Made by a program: the position numbers and the translations under genes
Assembly: GCA_951406725.2 (NCBI GenBank)
Contig: OX597831.1
Span: forward strand, 70,866,001 to 70,930,000
Origin: Octopus vulgaris
Lineage: Eukaryota
Direction of reading: 5' to 3'
DNA: 64,000 bases
The notes under the pieces: generated by a model
Told to the model about the DNA's origin: nothing
Databases searched by the model: none
The model's input: only the letters and a program-made list of their open reading frames with translations
Shown here: positions 12,613 through 25,259 of the stretch, in pieces
Position numbering within the stretch: the first letter of the stretch is position 1
How the letters are laid out: every line of letters starts with the position of its first letter

Positions 12613-15181
12613 GCTGAAATGAAGACCAAATAAATAGTGTGGGTGTTTAAGTGGCAAAATATAGCCATCCTCAACTATAACAATATCTGTTTCAACAGAT
12701 ATTTTCACATCAGGAAAACAAATACATAAATGTAATCTTTGTTTAATAATGATTGAAGGCACAGCAGTTTTAATCTGACCCCAAAGTTATTTTTTTTTAT
12801 TTGTTTGTTGTGGAGGAAGGGGCTGTTCTCATGGCATTTTAAAGGCCACGTAAGACTGCTAAGATTAGTTGTACAGTTACAAATAAATGACTGCAAAAAA
12901 AACATGTATAGCAAAGGAAACTGTTCTCAGAATGAAGAACTGGGCAACTGGTCAGTGCAGAGTTTGAAGTTGATTGAGATAAGAGGAGAACATGTGAGTG
13001 AGTCAGAAAGGATAAGTAAAAGTAGTACAAGACCAAACAGTTCTGAAAAATGAAGGCTTTTTTTAGGAATGGTAGAAAAGAGAGGAGACACCACATTTGA
13101 GGTTTGCTAATTAGCTGAGTGGTCTTTCTTTGAATCTAGTCAAGAATGTTTGTGTGTGTAACCACAGTGCCATCCTTGACCTGGGAGTAGTATTTCCTTA
13201 TGAGTATCACCAGAGCTTTGTAGGGACTTATTAATTGATGGTACTGAAGTACCTCTTGGTTCTGACCGAAAAGCTAGTCTTTGGTCATGTTGTGGGTGTG
13301 CATTTGCTAGGAGAAATATCCATGGTGGGTGGGTACAATAATGCTTACATGATATACTTCATTGATACCAGATAGATGGAATGTAAATTTGACCCTGCCT
13401 AGATTTAAATTCTGAAATGAGAGGAGATAAACTAAAGACGTTTTGCTTAGTGTTTTACAGAATTTGTTGTCCATTACTCTCAATTATTGTTAAACACTTA
13501 CAGGGCTCTCTGACAAAGAAATGAATGAATTTGGGAGGAACGGTTTTCATTTGATTTAATCAACTTCACCTCTTGAATGGTACTTTATTTTATCAAATTT
13601 AGAAGGATAAAAGACAAAGCTAACCTTGGTGGGATTTGAACTCAGAATGTAAAGAGCCACGAGACATTTTGTCTGATACTCTTATGATATTGATAATCTA
13701 CCACCCTAAAAAGTAACAAAATATTGTTAAATATTTTGTCTACCACTCTACTGATTCAGCAAGTCTCACATCCTTTTGTTTATTACAAATAATTAATTAA
13801 TTGTTTTCTTATCCACAACTTAAAATATCTTATATTTTTAAATAATACCAATTCCACAATATTTGATTACTCTTTTGATAGAAGTAGGGAAAAGAGTTTC
13901 AATAACAGCCATTCTATTTTTAATAAATCTTTTTTCATTTTTTAATCAATTTCCTTCACTGTTTCTTCTGCTACTGTTATTATTGATGTTGTTGCTGTGG
14001 TTGTATTTCACATGGATGTTAAAGTGTCTGTGACATTTGGAAGTCTGAGAAATTGTGCACAGATAAAATCAACTAGTTTGTATCCTGAACACATTTATTG
14101 AATACTGTGTATTTCTGGATATAACAGAATACATTGTCAGCTGATTTAATCATATGGAAGCAGTTCTACTGTTTTATTTCCCATCTAATTCATGTTCCTT
14201 TTATATAAGTTGTATTACTCCGATCTTTTTATTTTCACTCTTAAATTGTTTCTTTGTGAATATATAATGTATAAATGTACATACGCAATGTATTTAAACT
14301 AAACATAGACAAAGAAAACCAAAAGTGAATAACTGGTATAAATTAAAGAAATATTTAGCTGATGCATTGATGCATTAGCTACCAGGCTATGACCACTAAG
14401 ATAATGTTTTAATACTGGATGAAGTCATAACCATGTAGTTAAAAAGTTCATTTCACACCCATATGCTTCAATTACACTGCACAGCACTTCAGTAAATGCC
14501 TTCTACTATAGCTTCAGGTTGACCAATGAATTATGAATTGAATTCAGAATTCAGTGGATCTATACATGTTATGTAAGGATATGTACCTGTCTCTATGTTT
14601 ATGTCCATGTTTATTAATATAAACCAGAATGTCAAATCGTTTCCTTTTATGTCAAAAACAACTGAGAGACTGACAAAATAAGTAATACAATAAGTACTGA
14701 ACCAATATAAAGAATGTGAATCTATATATTCAGCTCAAACCCCTAGAGTGGGTGCTTCAGGATAGCCACAGTTTAATGTCTAAAACCAGTAAAAAAAATC
14801 AAGTAAAGAGAATTGTCATTACTTCTTGGAGAAGTGAAAGATTGTTTGCAACTACTAGTCAATGTATTTCTCTTCACTGTACACTAACTCCAAGTGAGTT
14901 GAGATCTTCACTTTATATCCTTAGATTATTTAAGGAATATTTATTCAGACCCTATTTTATGATTTATAAATTCAATAATGAATTAAAGAGAAGCAAATTT
15001 ATTTGATGGATTAACTCTTAATTTCCTGTAAGACACAGTTCTGCACAGGGCTGCTTCGGTCAGCCAGTCCTGAAATGCACAGTATCACAAGAGTCATATT
15101 AATTTTGTTTATATTGATTTTAAAGGAAGTGACCCACTCTCAAATGTAAAAAAGAAAACTCTAATCCCTTCCTCTATTATT

Positions 15182-15387
15182 CTTTTCTACTCTAGGCACA
15201 AAGCCCAAAATTTTGGGGGAGGGGGGCCAGTCAATTAGATTGACCCCAGTACACAACTGGTACTTAATTTATTGACCCTGAAAGGCAAAGTCAACCTTGG
15301 CGGAATTTGAACCCAGGACATAAAAACAAACAAAATACTGCTAAGCATTTTACCTGGTGTGCTAAAGTTTCTGCCAGCCCACCGCCA
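15182..15387 (-). mobile_element. SINE family B variant with 16-bp TSD
   Basis: TSD cccttcctctattatt at 15166-15181 and 15388-15403. Confidence 0.88.
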
Positions 15388-15685
15388 CCCTTCCTCTATT
15401 ATTAATCTTTGTTTTGTAGCAGAGTCAGCTCAGAACTTGGATTTTGATTTACAAAATTTTTATCAGGATGTTATAAGTTAATATAGGTCAAGGATGATAG
15501 CATTGATTTGACTGTCATCACTATTCATTGCAGATTGTCTCATTATATCTGTACTTATGATAAATTTAAAAGCATGCTTTTATTGTATGTTGCATGCAGC
15601 TCTTAATTAGACACCACATTAGGAAAAAAAGGACACTGAAAAGATTTTAGAGACAATTCCAATAAGGAACATAAAAAACTGACTG

Positions 15686-16078
15686 TGGTTTGACGTTATC
15701 GAAGAAGCTTGAGAGGCGGTTGGATGGAACCTGCACTCGCCTCCTTATGAGAGCTCAAAATCTCTCATGGAAGTGCCATCCAACCAAAATGCAAATATAT
15801 GGGAAACTACCACCTGTGTCATCTCTTGTGAAAGGTAGGAGAGTCCAGTTTGCTGGACATTGTTGTAGAGCTGAAAAAGAGGTAATTTCTACTCTTCTCC
15901 TCTGGAAGCCATCTACTCGCAATACCAGAGGGTGCACACTCTCCTACCCTGATGTAATCTCCAGGGATACAGGCATCGAGCAACAGGACCTCCGTAATGC
16001 CATGATGGACCGTGAAGTCTGGCGTAGCATGGTAAATTCCATTGTCTCGACCATGGTCGAACAATGATGAATGATGAT
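15686..16078 (+). mobile_element. 5'-truncated RTE-type LINE (second family)
   Basis: TLSKKLERRLDGTCTRLLMRAQNLSW..RRVQFAGHC..; near-identical to 6783-7044. Confidence 0.88.
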
Positions 16079-16789
16079 TGCAAAGCAGGAAAGCTTGCAT
16101 GCTATGTGATGCATGGAGACATCTTTTGTGTTTTAGGGAACTGTTTTACATGATCTGTGGTGACGGGAAAGGGTCATCAAATATGTAGAGGTAGGTGATT
16201 TGGCTAAGTTTTCTTGGCTGTGTTACTTGCTTGAACTGTTGCAATGCAACTATGAGTAAATCACCATAAAAAATGTGAAGTATGAACAAAAGGGGTTCCT
16301 GCACAGAAGCATAACAAATGTGAAGGGAATGTAACTTGTCCCTTTGGCTACTTGCCCCTTTGTTTCAGTAATCAAATATGACATTGTGAGGGTGTGAAAT
16401 TAAAGAACAAATTCACACTTCTACTAAATTATAGTAAATCTAGCCTTTAGAATGTTTTTGTTTGTTGATAAAATTCTTGCATGAAAACAGAAGCTCTGAC
16501 CACCAAATAAAAAGTTATTTATTCCAAATATGCCATGTCAGCAGAAATTTCATCTATTTAAGAACTGACCTGTTAATTGGTATATCTTTACTTTTGCTTC
16601 AGTTGTACTGATCTGGAGATTAATAACGTTTTGGATTATGGTTGAGGGTGGGTTATTGAATAATTAACTTTGAGTAATTGTATTGAGAGCAAGTCCACCT
16701 GACAGAACCCATTTATCTTCTCACTCTACCCATGGCGGCATCCAAAACTCAGCTCTACAAGATAACATAAATAAATAAAAATTCATTAT

Positions 16790-17205
16790 TGCTGTTGCTG
16801 TGTGGTTAAGTCCACTTCATGAGTATATGGTCTTGGGTTCAATTCCACTGGGGTTCAGTTCCACTGAGGGACATCTTGAGCAAATGTCTTCGACTCTAGC
16901 CCTAGACCAACCAATGTCTTGTGAGTGGAGTTAGTAGCTGAAAACTGTATATGTTTGTCATGCATGTGCGTGTATGTGATATGTGTTTGTATGTGTCTAT
17001 TTATGTCTATCTTCACATTGACATCACTTACAACAAGATTCAAGTTCCAAAGCGTAAAGGTGTAATAAATAGAGAAAAATTCCAGATACTCAAAATTAAC
17101 AACTGCAGTAGCCATGATTGTCTAGAGCACTTCAGAATTGTTCCTCAGAATGGCTACTATCAAATGACCGAAACAAGTAAAAATTAATCAAGATAAGAAT
17201 AAGAA
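16790..17205 (+). mobile_element. Old SINE family A copy
   Basis: Degenerate head (gctgtgtggttaag, ggttcagttcc) and tail (caaatgaccgaaacaagtaa). Confidence 0.65.
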
Positions 17206-18723
17206 TAATTACACACTATCTTCATTACTTTAAGTATTTAGCTTTTTCAAAACATATCACCCCATCAAGATTAGGTTCACAGCAATTTAAGAATTAATTT
17301 TAATCAGATATGAATAATCAACTCCCTCCTTTCCTCACAAAGTGCTCACTTTCCCTCAGGTTATATGATACTATCTACTTTAAAGTATCCTATTTTAAAT
17401 TAAAACCTTTCATCAAGTTTTTCATATAAGAACCTTTACTTACGAATAAATGAATAAGTTAATTACTCAATCTTTTAGATTCTTGATTATTTTCAAAATG
17501 AATTCAAATGAATAGACAGCGTATTTCGTTAGATATATGGTCCTGAATGCCTAACACTATACATTCTGACAGCAGTCAGAAATACTAATAAGAAACTAGC
17601 AGGTGTTATAGATTTTGCTTCATATTTCAAGATAATTCAACACTTTCTTTCATTATTTATATTTTTATATATACAATCTTCCAATTATTTATTCAATACT
17701 TTATCTAATGCAGTCAAGGATAAATAATAAAACTGAGTATTAAATACGAAAAATAAATATAGAAATATTGAACAGATGTTAAATAAATATGTAAATGAAT
17801 AAATAACATGTTTTACTCAAGAGAAAGAGAGAAAATTGGTTGTGAATTCATTTCTAGCAATTTGAAATATTCTAAACATCCTTTGATGAAAGATGAAAAA
17901 GAAACAAACCAAACAAAAAAAAAAGAAAAGAAAAAAACCTTTTCCTAAAACACTTTTGCCTCATCTTCAAAAGAATTTTCAAAGATTAATAATAAACAGA
18001 AATATTAAAAAAATTGTAGGAACATCGAATGTCTATGGTAAAAATCAGTAAAAGTCAATTTATGAAAAGGAAAAAAAAAAAAACAGTATTTAATGAAGGT
18101 GAAATGATATGCCCTAGGATATAACAATAAAAAATAATAAATTATATGAGAAAGTATTCACTGCTGTATAATTAGACACTTTATTAGGAAATTAACAAGT
18201 AAAGAATGTGTGTGCACGCGCACATGCGCACATGCATGTGTGTGTGTGTGTGCAATGATGAAAATAAAAAAGAAATGGAACTTGTCTACCTTTCTTTCTT
18301 TACTCTCTTCTTTCCTGCTCACATTTTCTTTGCCAATCTTTTCATTAGTTTTCCTTCGCTTCATAACTGTAGATGTAAACTAGTTATGAAATAATCTGCT
18401 GGGGGTATTTTGCCTGAAATCTTGTTGCAACAAAGTAAGAATCACTGGAGATCAGTGGGAATGAAAAGGAACAGATTAATTAGATGAGTTTACACCTGAA
18501 TCATCAGTTCTTTGAAGGAAATTAGATTGGCATATGAAATAAACATTGATAGAATATCTAAAAAGAAGCAGGTCAAAATCAAGATGGCATCATTGCTCTT
18601 TGAATATTTGATGCCATAATTAATGATATTCTTTGTGGCTTGTTTTATGAGTTTGTACATTTACTTTGTTCATAGTACTATGTCCTTATATCTCATATTT
18701 CTTCGTGTTATATATATATATCT

Positions 18724-18893
18724 AACACTCTCAGAGTGGTTGGCATTAGGAAGGGCATCCAGCTCTGTAGAAACTTTGCCAGATCAGATTGGAGTCTGGT
18801 GCAGCATTCTGGCTTGCCAGCCCTCAGTCAAACCATCCAACCCATGTCAGCATGGAAAGTGGACGTTAAACGTCGATGATGATGATGATGATG

Positions 18894-18896
<3 letters not shown>
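18724..18896 (+). mobile_element. RTE LINE 3' UTR terminal fragment
   Basis: gagtggttggcattaggaagggcatccagct...agcatggaaagtggacgttaaacg(GAT)n. Confidence 0.85.
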
Positions 18897-18926
<30 letters not shown>

Positions 18927-19255
18927 TGTATGTATGTATGTATGTATGTATGTATATAAGTATGTAAGTATGTATGTACATGTATGCATATACATGTGTA
19001 TGTACGTATGTGAACATGTGTAATATGTTATCTACAGAACATATTACAATTGAGGTGTCATGAAGCTAATAGTCAGTTTTATATGGAGGGATTTAAACCA
19101 TTTTGTTTTTAGATTACCTAATGATATAGCAGACATTTCGTGTTAACCCTCTGTAGTGTAAGATTTGCCATGTGGCTCAAAAGTGTATCATTGGGAACTT
19201 CAGTATGACATTGGATTTAAAGAAATATTCTAAGAAAAGGCTTAGTAATGATGGG

Positions 19256-19305
<50 letters not shown>

Positions 19306-19378
19306 ATATATATATTTCGTTTTTGGATTTGGTTTGCAAGATTCTTTATATGAGTTTGTGTGTTGAAGCATATTCTTA

Positions 19379-19646
19379 TGTGTCTGGGGAGAGTCATTCT
19401 CTTTTAGTGTCTTATTATTTAACACACTCACTGGTAAAATTTCCACTTATTTCTTATTTTTATTTTCTAAAATTTTCGGTGCGTCTTGCAACCTTTTCAA
19501 TAGTCTTGACTATAGCCAAGACTATTGAAAAAGTTGCAAGACGCAACGAAAATTTTAGAAAATAAAAATAAGAAATAAGTGGAAATTTTACCAGTGAGTG
19601 TGTTAAATAATAAGACACTAAAAGAGAATGACTCTCCCCAGACACA
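19379..19646. repeat. 268-bp near-perfect palindrome in a (TA)n-flanked, probably PLE-derived fragment
   Basis: 134-bp arms centred at 19512/19513, three mismatches. Confidence 0.95.
19522..19558 (+). ncRNA. Putative minimal type I hammerhead, U3-A8 variant (mirror copy 19467-19503, minus strand)
   Basis: CUA-UUGAAAA-A-GUUGC(AAGAC)GCAAC-GAA-AAUU-U-UAG. Confidence 0.5.
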
Positions 19647-19647
19647 A

Positions 19648-19688
<41 letters not shown>

Positions 19689-19962
19689 TAATATTTTGGA
19701 CTAATAGGTACAAGTCAATTAGTGTGTTTAAGTGGTGTATGGAGCACTGGCACAGATTAGGCTACCTGTTGTATAGAATAAAGTTTAATACCAAATCTAT
19801 CTTCTCATTACTTAATATAATTATATAAGAAGCTTGCTTCCGAACCACATGGTTCCAGGTTCAGTCCCATTGCATGGCAATGTCTTCTACTATAGCCTCG
19901 GACCAACCTTGAGAGTGGATTTGGTGGACAGAAACTGAAAGAAGCCCGTCATATATTATATA

Positions 19963-20004
<42 letters not shown>

Positions 20005-20206
20005 AAAATAGAAAATTACCCTTTAACAGGTAATTTTTACATGCTAGAAATAGCAGCCAACATAGCCAAAACCACAATTTAATAGCAAATTTCGAAGTAA
20101 ATGAAAAATAAAAACTTTTACCTTGTTATTATTACCTAGTGATTATTTATACATGCTGGGCCACTGGTGGTGATATTTATAACAAATATTCGCTACCCTG
20201 TATATG

Positions 20207-20242
<36 letters not shown>

Positions 20243-20276
20243 AAAGTTAAAAAAATACACAAACTGGAACAAGAAC

Positions 20277-20897
20277 GTGAAACATTTAGAAGACAACAAA
20301 AAAACATGGACGGGACTTTCGAAGCTCATACTACAAAGCACAGCCCGACTAAAGGGAGACCCAAAGATGAACCGGATCCTCGAAACACACACCATCATTA
20401 AAAGTAAACGGCAACCAAAATCCTTGAAAAGGATTTTAACCCAAGCTACACTGCACTCAACATCAACCACAAAACCAGCAGTTAGAAAATGTGGAAGGCC
20501 CAACTGCGGAATCTGTGTCATCTTGAAAGAAGGATCAGAATTTATACTGGAACAAGGCCACCAGTTCACCATTAGAACAAACTTCACCTGCGCATCAGAA
20601 AACTTAATTTACGTCATAACATGCGCAGGCTGCAATAGGCAGTATATAGGCCATACAAAAAATAGCTTACGTAACAGGATGGCGGTGCATAAATCACAAA
20701 TTAGAAACCCTGATTACCGCAAAATACCGGTCAGCGGACACATAGATAGATGTGCTGGAAATGTAAATCCGAAATTTACAACTAACCCGCTCTATAAATT
20801 CAGTGACAACGCAACCTTCACACAACGCCAAAATAAAGAACTATATTTCATAAAAAAATTTAGACCAAGTTTAAACACCCTGGGCCAGGAATACTAA
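20277..20897 (+). CDS. PLE C-terminal Cys linker plus GIY-YIG endonuclease (partial ORF)
   Basis: CGRPNCGIC; FTCASENLIYVITCAGCNRQYIGHT..LRNRMAVH..KELYFIKKFRPSLN. Confidence 0.88.
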   Translation: MKHLEDNKKTWTGLSKLILQSTARLKGDPKMNRILETHTIIKSKRQPKSLKRILTQATLHSTSTTKPAVRKCGRPNCGICVILKEGSEFILEQGHQFTIRTNFTCASENLIYVITCAGCNRQYIGHTKNSLRNRMAVHKSQIRNPDYRKIPVSGHIDRCAGNVNPKFTTNPLYKFSDNATFTQRQNKELYFIKKFRPSLNTLGQEY

Positions 20898-21066
20898 AAC
20901 AAAAGATAAGTCCTCCGAAAAGGAGAAGCAAAATTCCACCACGGCCGCTACTTCAAACAGACACTCACTCTGACGGAAATATGCCTTAGTAAAAAAGGAA
21001 AAAAATTCTTTCGTGCAAATCTGACCCTGATACATACGATACAGCTAAGGGTCAGACCCGATTCTG

Positions 21067-21555
21067 ATTGGTCAACAAGTTGATGACGTCTAGCTCTGCT
21101 AGAATGGACAGGATACAAACAGGGGACAGTCATTAGTCAGAATATTGATGACGTCCTTTTCTGCTTGAATAGTCACCTAACAAGTACAGACAGGGAGCAG
21201 ATCTAATGTAGCTATAAGTCGTGATTGGGCAGAATCTGGATGACGTCCCGTTCTGCTTGACTAACGAAGCGACTGGTCAAAACAGGAAACAAACAAGAGG
21301 CAGATATAATGCAGCGATTGGTCAAAATAATGATGACATCCCGTTCTACTTGACTAACAAAGCGACTGGTCAAAACAGGAAACAAACAAGAGGCAGTTAT
21401 AATGCAGCGATTGGCCAAAATAATGATGACGTCCCGTTCTACTTGATTAAAGCCACCTAACGAAACGATTGGTCAAAACATTGATGACGTCACGCTACGC
21501 TAGATTGACCACCTAACAGGCATTATAAAACCGAGCATTTCACAAAAACTCACTA
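21067..21555 (+). promoter_or_regulatory. Putative Pol II promoter: six ATTGG-N9-TGATGACGTC modules, TATA box and Inr
   Basis: Modules at 21067, 21132, 21224, 21317, 21410 and 21468; TATAAAA at 21524-21530; TCACT at 21550. Confidence 0.65.
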
Positions 21556-21859
21556 GAACCACCCAGCGAACTTCCACCATGGGTCATCACAATTGCTTAA
21601 GGTAAAAATGAATTCCTCGCTCTTTCGGAAACATCAATCTTCTGTATTGACCGCTTTCCACCACTTTGATCTGTTTTTTGTATTGAATACGTATCGCCAC
21701 CATGGGCCACTGCATCGAACACTTTGAACATATACTTCAAACTATATATCAACTATACATGAACTATATATCAACTATACATGAACTCTAAGATGTCTGA
21801 CTCCGTTGTGTATTATAAATGAATTTCTTGTGTTTGACGGCATGAGCTGTCTTTTTTTA

Positions 21860-21918
21860 TATATAACTTTTTTTGATAAGGTTCATTTCAGGAACTGAAA
21901 CATGTTATAATGTATATA
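21860..21918 (+). ncRNA. Decayed minimal hammerhead, U3-A8 variant
   Basis: UUGAUAA-GGUUC(AUUUCAG)GAACU-GAA-ACAUGU-U; stem I imperfect. Confidence 0.45.
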
Positions 21919-22221
21919 TAAAAATTAAAAATTGTATAATACAGCAGCATTTTCGAACTTCATTTTTTACAAATATATATATATATATATGTATGTGTGT
22001 GCTTGTTATTTGTGTCTGTGTTTGTCCCACCACCGTCACTTGACAACTGATATTGGTGTGTTTATGTTTGCATCACTTAGTAAGTCATTGCTAATTTATA
22101 TAAAAAGTGTATAACCAAAAGTCAATTAGATTTACTAATAGAAAAATAGAAAAAAAAACAATATATTTATATGCCACATCAGCAAATTCCATCCAACCAA
22201 TGCCAGTATGGGAAAGTGGCC

Positions 22222-22400
22222 ATTATGACATTATCCCATTGAAAACACTGGTTCTCATTCAATCACCAAAGTTAAGCAATGTTGAGCCTAGTGAGTACTT
22301 AGATGGGTGGTTGCTTGGAAAACCTAGGTTTTTTTGTAAATAGTAACAGCTGTACCCCAACATGGCTGAAACTTACAAGCTGAACCTAGTAAAGTAAATT
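22222..22400 (+). mobile_element. 5S rRNA-derived SINE or retro-chimera with LINE-type tail
   Basis: ttgaaaacactggttctc..atcaccaaagttaagcaa..agtacttagatgggtg matches 5S rRNA (boxes A and C) with CpG decay; followed by gtaccccaacatggctg..agctgaacctagtaaa. Confidence 0.78.
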
Positions 22401-22529
22401 AAAACAATGTTGATTCTGGTGCTAATTGTTATGTTGAAGTGCATCTTATTTCATCCAAAGGTATAACTTAACCAACTGATAAATAAAGACTGTTAAACTT
22501 AATCCTGTGGCCAATATTAGTGAGTAGGA

Positions 22530-22745
22530 AAAGGTGGAAAACTGGTTGAATTGTTAAGCACATGGAGCAAAATTCTTACCAGTGTTTTGTGTCTTTACAT
22601 TCTGAGTTCAAATTCCACCAAGGTTGATCTTGCTTTTTATCCTTTCAGTGTTGATAAAATAAGCATCAGTTGATTATTGAGACCAATGTAACTGACTTAC
22701 CCTCTTTCTTGACGTTGCTGGCCTTGTACTAAAATTTGAAATGAA
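22530..22745 (+). mobile_element. Old SINE family B copy
   Basis: ttctgagttcaaattccaccaaggttgatcttgctttttatcctttcagtgttgataaaataag. Confidence 0.75.
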
Positions 22746-24014
22746 TATTAGTGACTAGAGAGACTAAGGGTTGTATATCAAATATTGTCACAGTCAAATG
22801 ACTGAAAAAGGTAAAAGAATAAAAGAAAATTCATCTTTGAATATCTATTCTTCACTTCAGATAAACAATGGTTACCACAACATAAAGGGAATCACCTCTC
22901 AATTCTTAATACATCTTTGACATGACACACTTAATTGTTTTTTTGTTTTATTAATTGTTTTTGTTCTAATGGTTCATTCTTATGCTAAATAGATGTCTCT
23001 GAGTATAACTATAGTGGCCATTGTCCAAATCAATTTCTTTTCTTAGATTTGCTTCTGTTGTCTATCACTATACATCATACCATTGTATTTCAATATCACC
23101 AAGAGAATTTCTGCAAAAATTGCTCACTGAATAAATGGTAATTCTTGGTTTGAATTGATCAATGGGAATCGGCAGTTTTTTGTTTTGTTTTTTTAAATGA
23201 TTGCTATTATATATTATAATACCATTAATGTGTGTGTGTGTATGTATGTGTGTGTGTGTGTGTGTATGTGTGCCTATGCGTGTATCCATATGCATGTGTG
23301 AGCATGTGTGTGTATTTGTATGTGTATGTCCATTAGATTCTGAATCAAGGCAACTGGTGAAAGAGAAGGAAAGAAAAGCAACGAGTGTGTGAGAGAAAGA
23401 GAGACAGCATGAAAAAGGAAGATAGCCAATGAGCATAAGAGGATGTGCAAAACAGTAATAGATGAGCAGGAGGCTGGCAACTGATGAGAAAGAGAAAAAA
23501 AAAAGAAGCTGATTCAGAGAAAGACAAAGATAGAGAAAAAAGAAGAGAATGAGAGAGAGGAAGAGCAAGGAAGGCATTTGTCATACAGCAATTAGTATGT
23601 TGGCTTTTCTTAGTTGCAGACAAAACTGGCATTGAAATAAATCAAATGCCATAGAATAATTTTAAAACTATATTGAAAATTTATATTAGAAAAATCTGAT
23701 AGTAAAAAATATTATTCCTGGCTAATATTTGTTTGAAGATGGATTTGACCTGCGGATAGTGTCAGGACTAAAATAACAGTATTTGAGTGTTTGCCACGAA
23801 ATAAAATTACTTAAAAAAACAAGTCAACGGTTGGTATTAAGAAGGACATCCAATTGTAACATACTGACCTAAGAGGTTTCATCTAATCCATGTCAATAAG
23901 GAAAAAAGCAGACATGAAATTTAAAATAATAATAATAATAATAATAATAGTAGTAATAATAATAATAACAATAATAATAATTATTATTGTTGTTATTGTT
24001 GTTGTTGTTATTAT

Positions 24015-24560
24015 TGAGTGAGAGAGCAGTGCATGCCATCAAAATGACACTGGGGTAAAATATACGAAGCCCAGTATACCCATCATGACTACCCGTCTGA
24101 TAAGGGTACACCAGGCACATGCATCACAACCACATGTGCGTGACATGGTGATGTCATATCAAGACAAACAGCACATGACCTTGCAGCTGGGGCCCAGTTA
24201 GAATTTTCTTTAGATCGAGTAACCCATCCCACTCAAAAGTTCCCTGAATAAGGGTTGTTTAAGGATGTTGAACGAAACACCCATGTTTCCAGAGGTGAAT
24301 TATTCAAACCTCAAAGAATCCCCCTTAACACATGGCAATGATGCTCCCCAACTACTTCTGCTCATGATCAGAGATGCACATATTAACTAAGGGACATGCT
24401 CAACTGGTTAAGGTCAAACAACTGACAAGCAAATCTGTGGTATTGAGCAGAATATTTGCTGTAGCCCATCTTTTATACCAACAAATGTACATGATAGCAC
24501 TTCCAATCAGTTAAGATCAGAAGCCACGAGAGCCACTGCTTGGTACTGCATCAGGGCATT
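24015..24560. mobile_element. Unclassified non-coding element embedded in (AAT/TTA)n
   Basis: GC-richer block of about 550 bp, sharply bounded by trinucleotide repeats; no ORF. Confidence 0.45.
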
Positions 24561-24777
24561 TATTAATATTATTATTAATTATTATTATTACTATTATTAT
24601 GACTTCAAATTTTGGCACAAGATCAACAATTTGTGGGGAAGAGATAAGTCAATTATATCGACCCCAAAATGATGAAAGGTAAAGTCAACTCCAGCAGCAT
24701 TTGAACTCAGAATGTAAAGTCAGCTTGGAAATGATTGCAAGCCCGCTGCCTTAATAACAATAATGATAATAATAATA

Positions 24778-25094
24778 GTCGACAGATATGACAGGTTAGC
24801 TTGGGAGGTTAAGCAGTTGTGGTCACTGAAAAAGGTGGTAGTACTACCAATAACTATCAGAGCACTGGGAACAGTGAGTAAAAATCTTGAGAAGTACATG
24901 GGACAAATAGGGGCTGCAATAAGGGTGGAGCACTTGTAAAAAACGGCACTGCTTGGAACAGCTCAAATACTTGAGATAGTGCTAAAAAAATAAGGAGTGT
25001 TACCTTAATTCACTGGTAGTGAACAGCTGACACCGTAGAACGTCTCCCATGTTAAAAGCTGTACAAAGACAATGAAATAATAAAGATAATAATA
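24778..25094 (+). mobile_element. R4/Dong-like RLE retrotransposon 3' fragment
   Basis: RYDRLAWEVKQLWSLKKVVVLPITIRALGTVSKNLEKY..L*KTALLGTAQIL; flanked by (TAA)n. Confidence 0.8.
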
Positions 25095-25259
25095 GTGACT
25101 ACAATAATAATGATTCCATTACTTTTTGTTGTGCTTTTTGTTTACATTCATCTTCTCCACATCTCACATTTTATCAATGTCTTTCTCATCGTCAAAGTTT
25201 TACAGTCACACCATTCTAGAATTCTTGGAGGAATTATTAACAAATTTTTATCATTATGG

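Larger units (their letters stand above)
20240..21972 (+). mobile_element. 5'-truncated Penelope-like element with 3' tail/pseudo-LTR
   Basis: GIY-YIG ORF, repeat-rich tail and hammerhead-like motif near the end; flanked by (TA)n on both sides. Confidence 0.85.

Noticed and set aside
20277-20897. Bacterial, phage or intron homing GIY-YIG gene
   Set aside because: The Cys-rich linker and the CxxC between the two tyrosine motifs are typical of Penelope-like elements.
22222-22340. Functional 5S rRNA gene
   Set aside because: Many CpG-type substitutions, not in a tandem array, and fused to a LINE tail.
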